Source of the DNA: Octopus sinensis
Taxonomy: Eukaryota
Direction: 5' to 3'
Assembly: GCF_006345805.1 (NCBI RefSeq)
Contig: NC_043011.1
Location: 22,828,464 to 22,892,463 of the forward strand
Length of the DNA stretch: 64,000 bases
In this document: piece by piece, positions 63,287-64,000 of the stretch
How the letters are laid out: each line of letters starts with the position of its first letter
Numbering within the stretch: the first letter of the stretch is position 1
Translations under genes and position numbers: made by a program
The notes under the pieces: model-generated
Seen by the model: the letters and a program-made list of their open reading frames with translations, nothing else
Database searches by the model: none
Told to the model about the DNA's origin: nothing

Positions 63287-63796
63287 GCATTGAGTCCTTT
63301 AGTCAATGTTTATTCTTTGTATGTTTTTAAACTAGACATTCATACGCACGTGTGTGTGAGCGTGAGTATATCTGTGCATTAGTCTCTTGGCACTGACTAA
63401 AAGTTTTGTTATTTGCATGCTCATAAGAAAGCGGTTTGGTTGGAAGAAGGTGAAAGAATAAGTATTAGAGTCTAAAACAAATATAACTGCATCCAATGCC
63501 TGTAACAAGCAAAAAAGTAGGAATATACATGTGTGTGTTTGCGCCTATGAGTGGGTTTCTTTTTTTTTTTTACCCTTTCCTTCTTACAGTCATTGGACAG
63601 CAGCCACGGTATTTAAAGCAACTGCTATCGAATATTTTATGAGGTAGACGTCTCCTACTCAAACGCAAGGAAGTTATGTTGAAGCTAGGTCAATCTATTA
63701 CACGAAATGCATATGTATGCATTAACACAGACACATACATGCACACACGCGCGCACACATACATACGTACATACATATCTATCTAGCTAGCTATCG

Positions 63797-63829
<33 letters not shown>

Positions 63830-64000
63830 CATATATATATATATCGCTATTGAATCAAAAGAAACAAAACTAATCCAACAAGTGGGAAAATAAATATTTT
63901 CTTTATACCAAGTGGGAAAATGAATAATGAATAACAAAAAGTAAAAGGTTCTATTCATTTGAAGAACAAGTTACTATGACAAGTTAAACTAACCGTAAAA

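Overview
This is AT-rich, repeat-dense animal genomic DNA, very probably Octopus or another coleoid cephalopod, judging by the tRNA-derived SINE families and the RTE 3' ends with (GAT)n tails. The main feature is one complete gene on the minus strand, NOC3L (nucleolar complex protein 3). I reconstructed 20 coding exons between 56739 and 9689. All have GT-AG boundaries and consistent phases, summing to 2193 nt (730 aa plus stop). Introns and flanks are filled with SINEs, RTE and CR1-like LINE ends, Penelope-like remnants, mariner and piggyBac relics, Helitron-type and GG-ended MITEs, a solo LTR and micro/minisatellites. The most interesting non-coding object is a complete type I hammerhead ribozyme fold (35701-35795, minus strand, so sense in the NOC3L pre-mRNA) inside a ~20-bp inverted repeat. 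Weaker hammerhead-core relics occur at 1513 and 59286. The NOC3L start region carries a palindromic Myc-type E-box and a YY1-like motif. There are no CRISPR arrays, rRNA or convincing tRNA genes. Family names are from recalled consensus sequences, not database searches.
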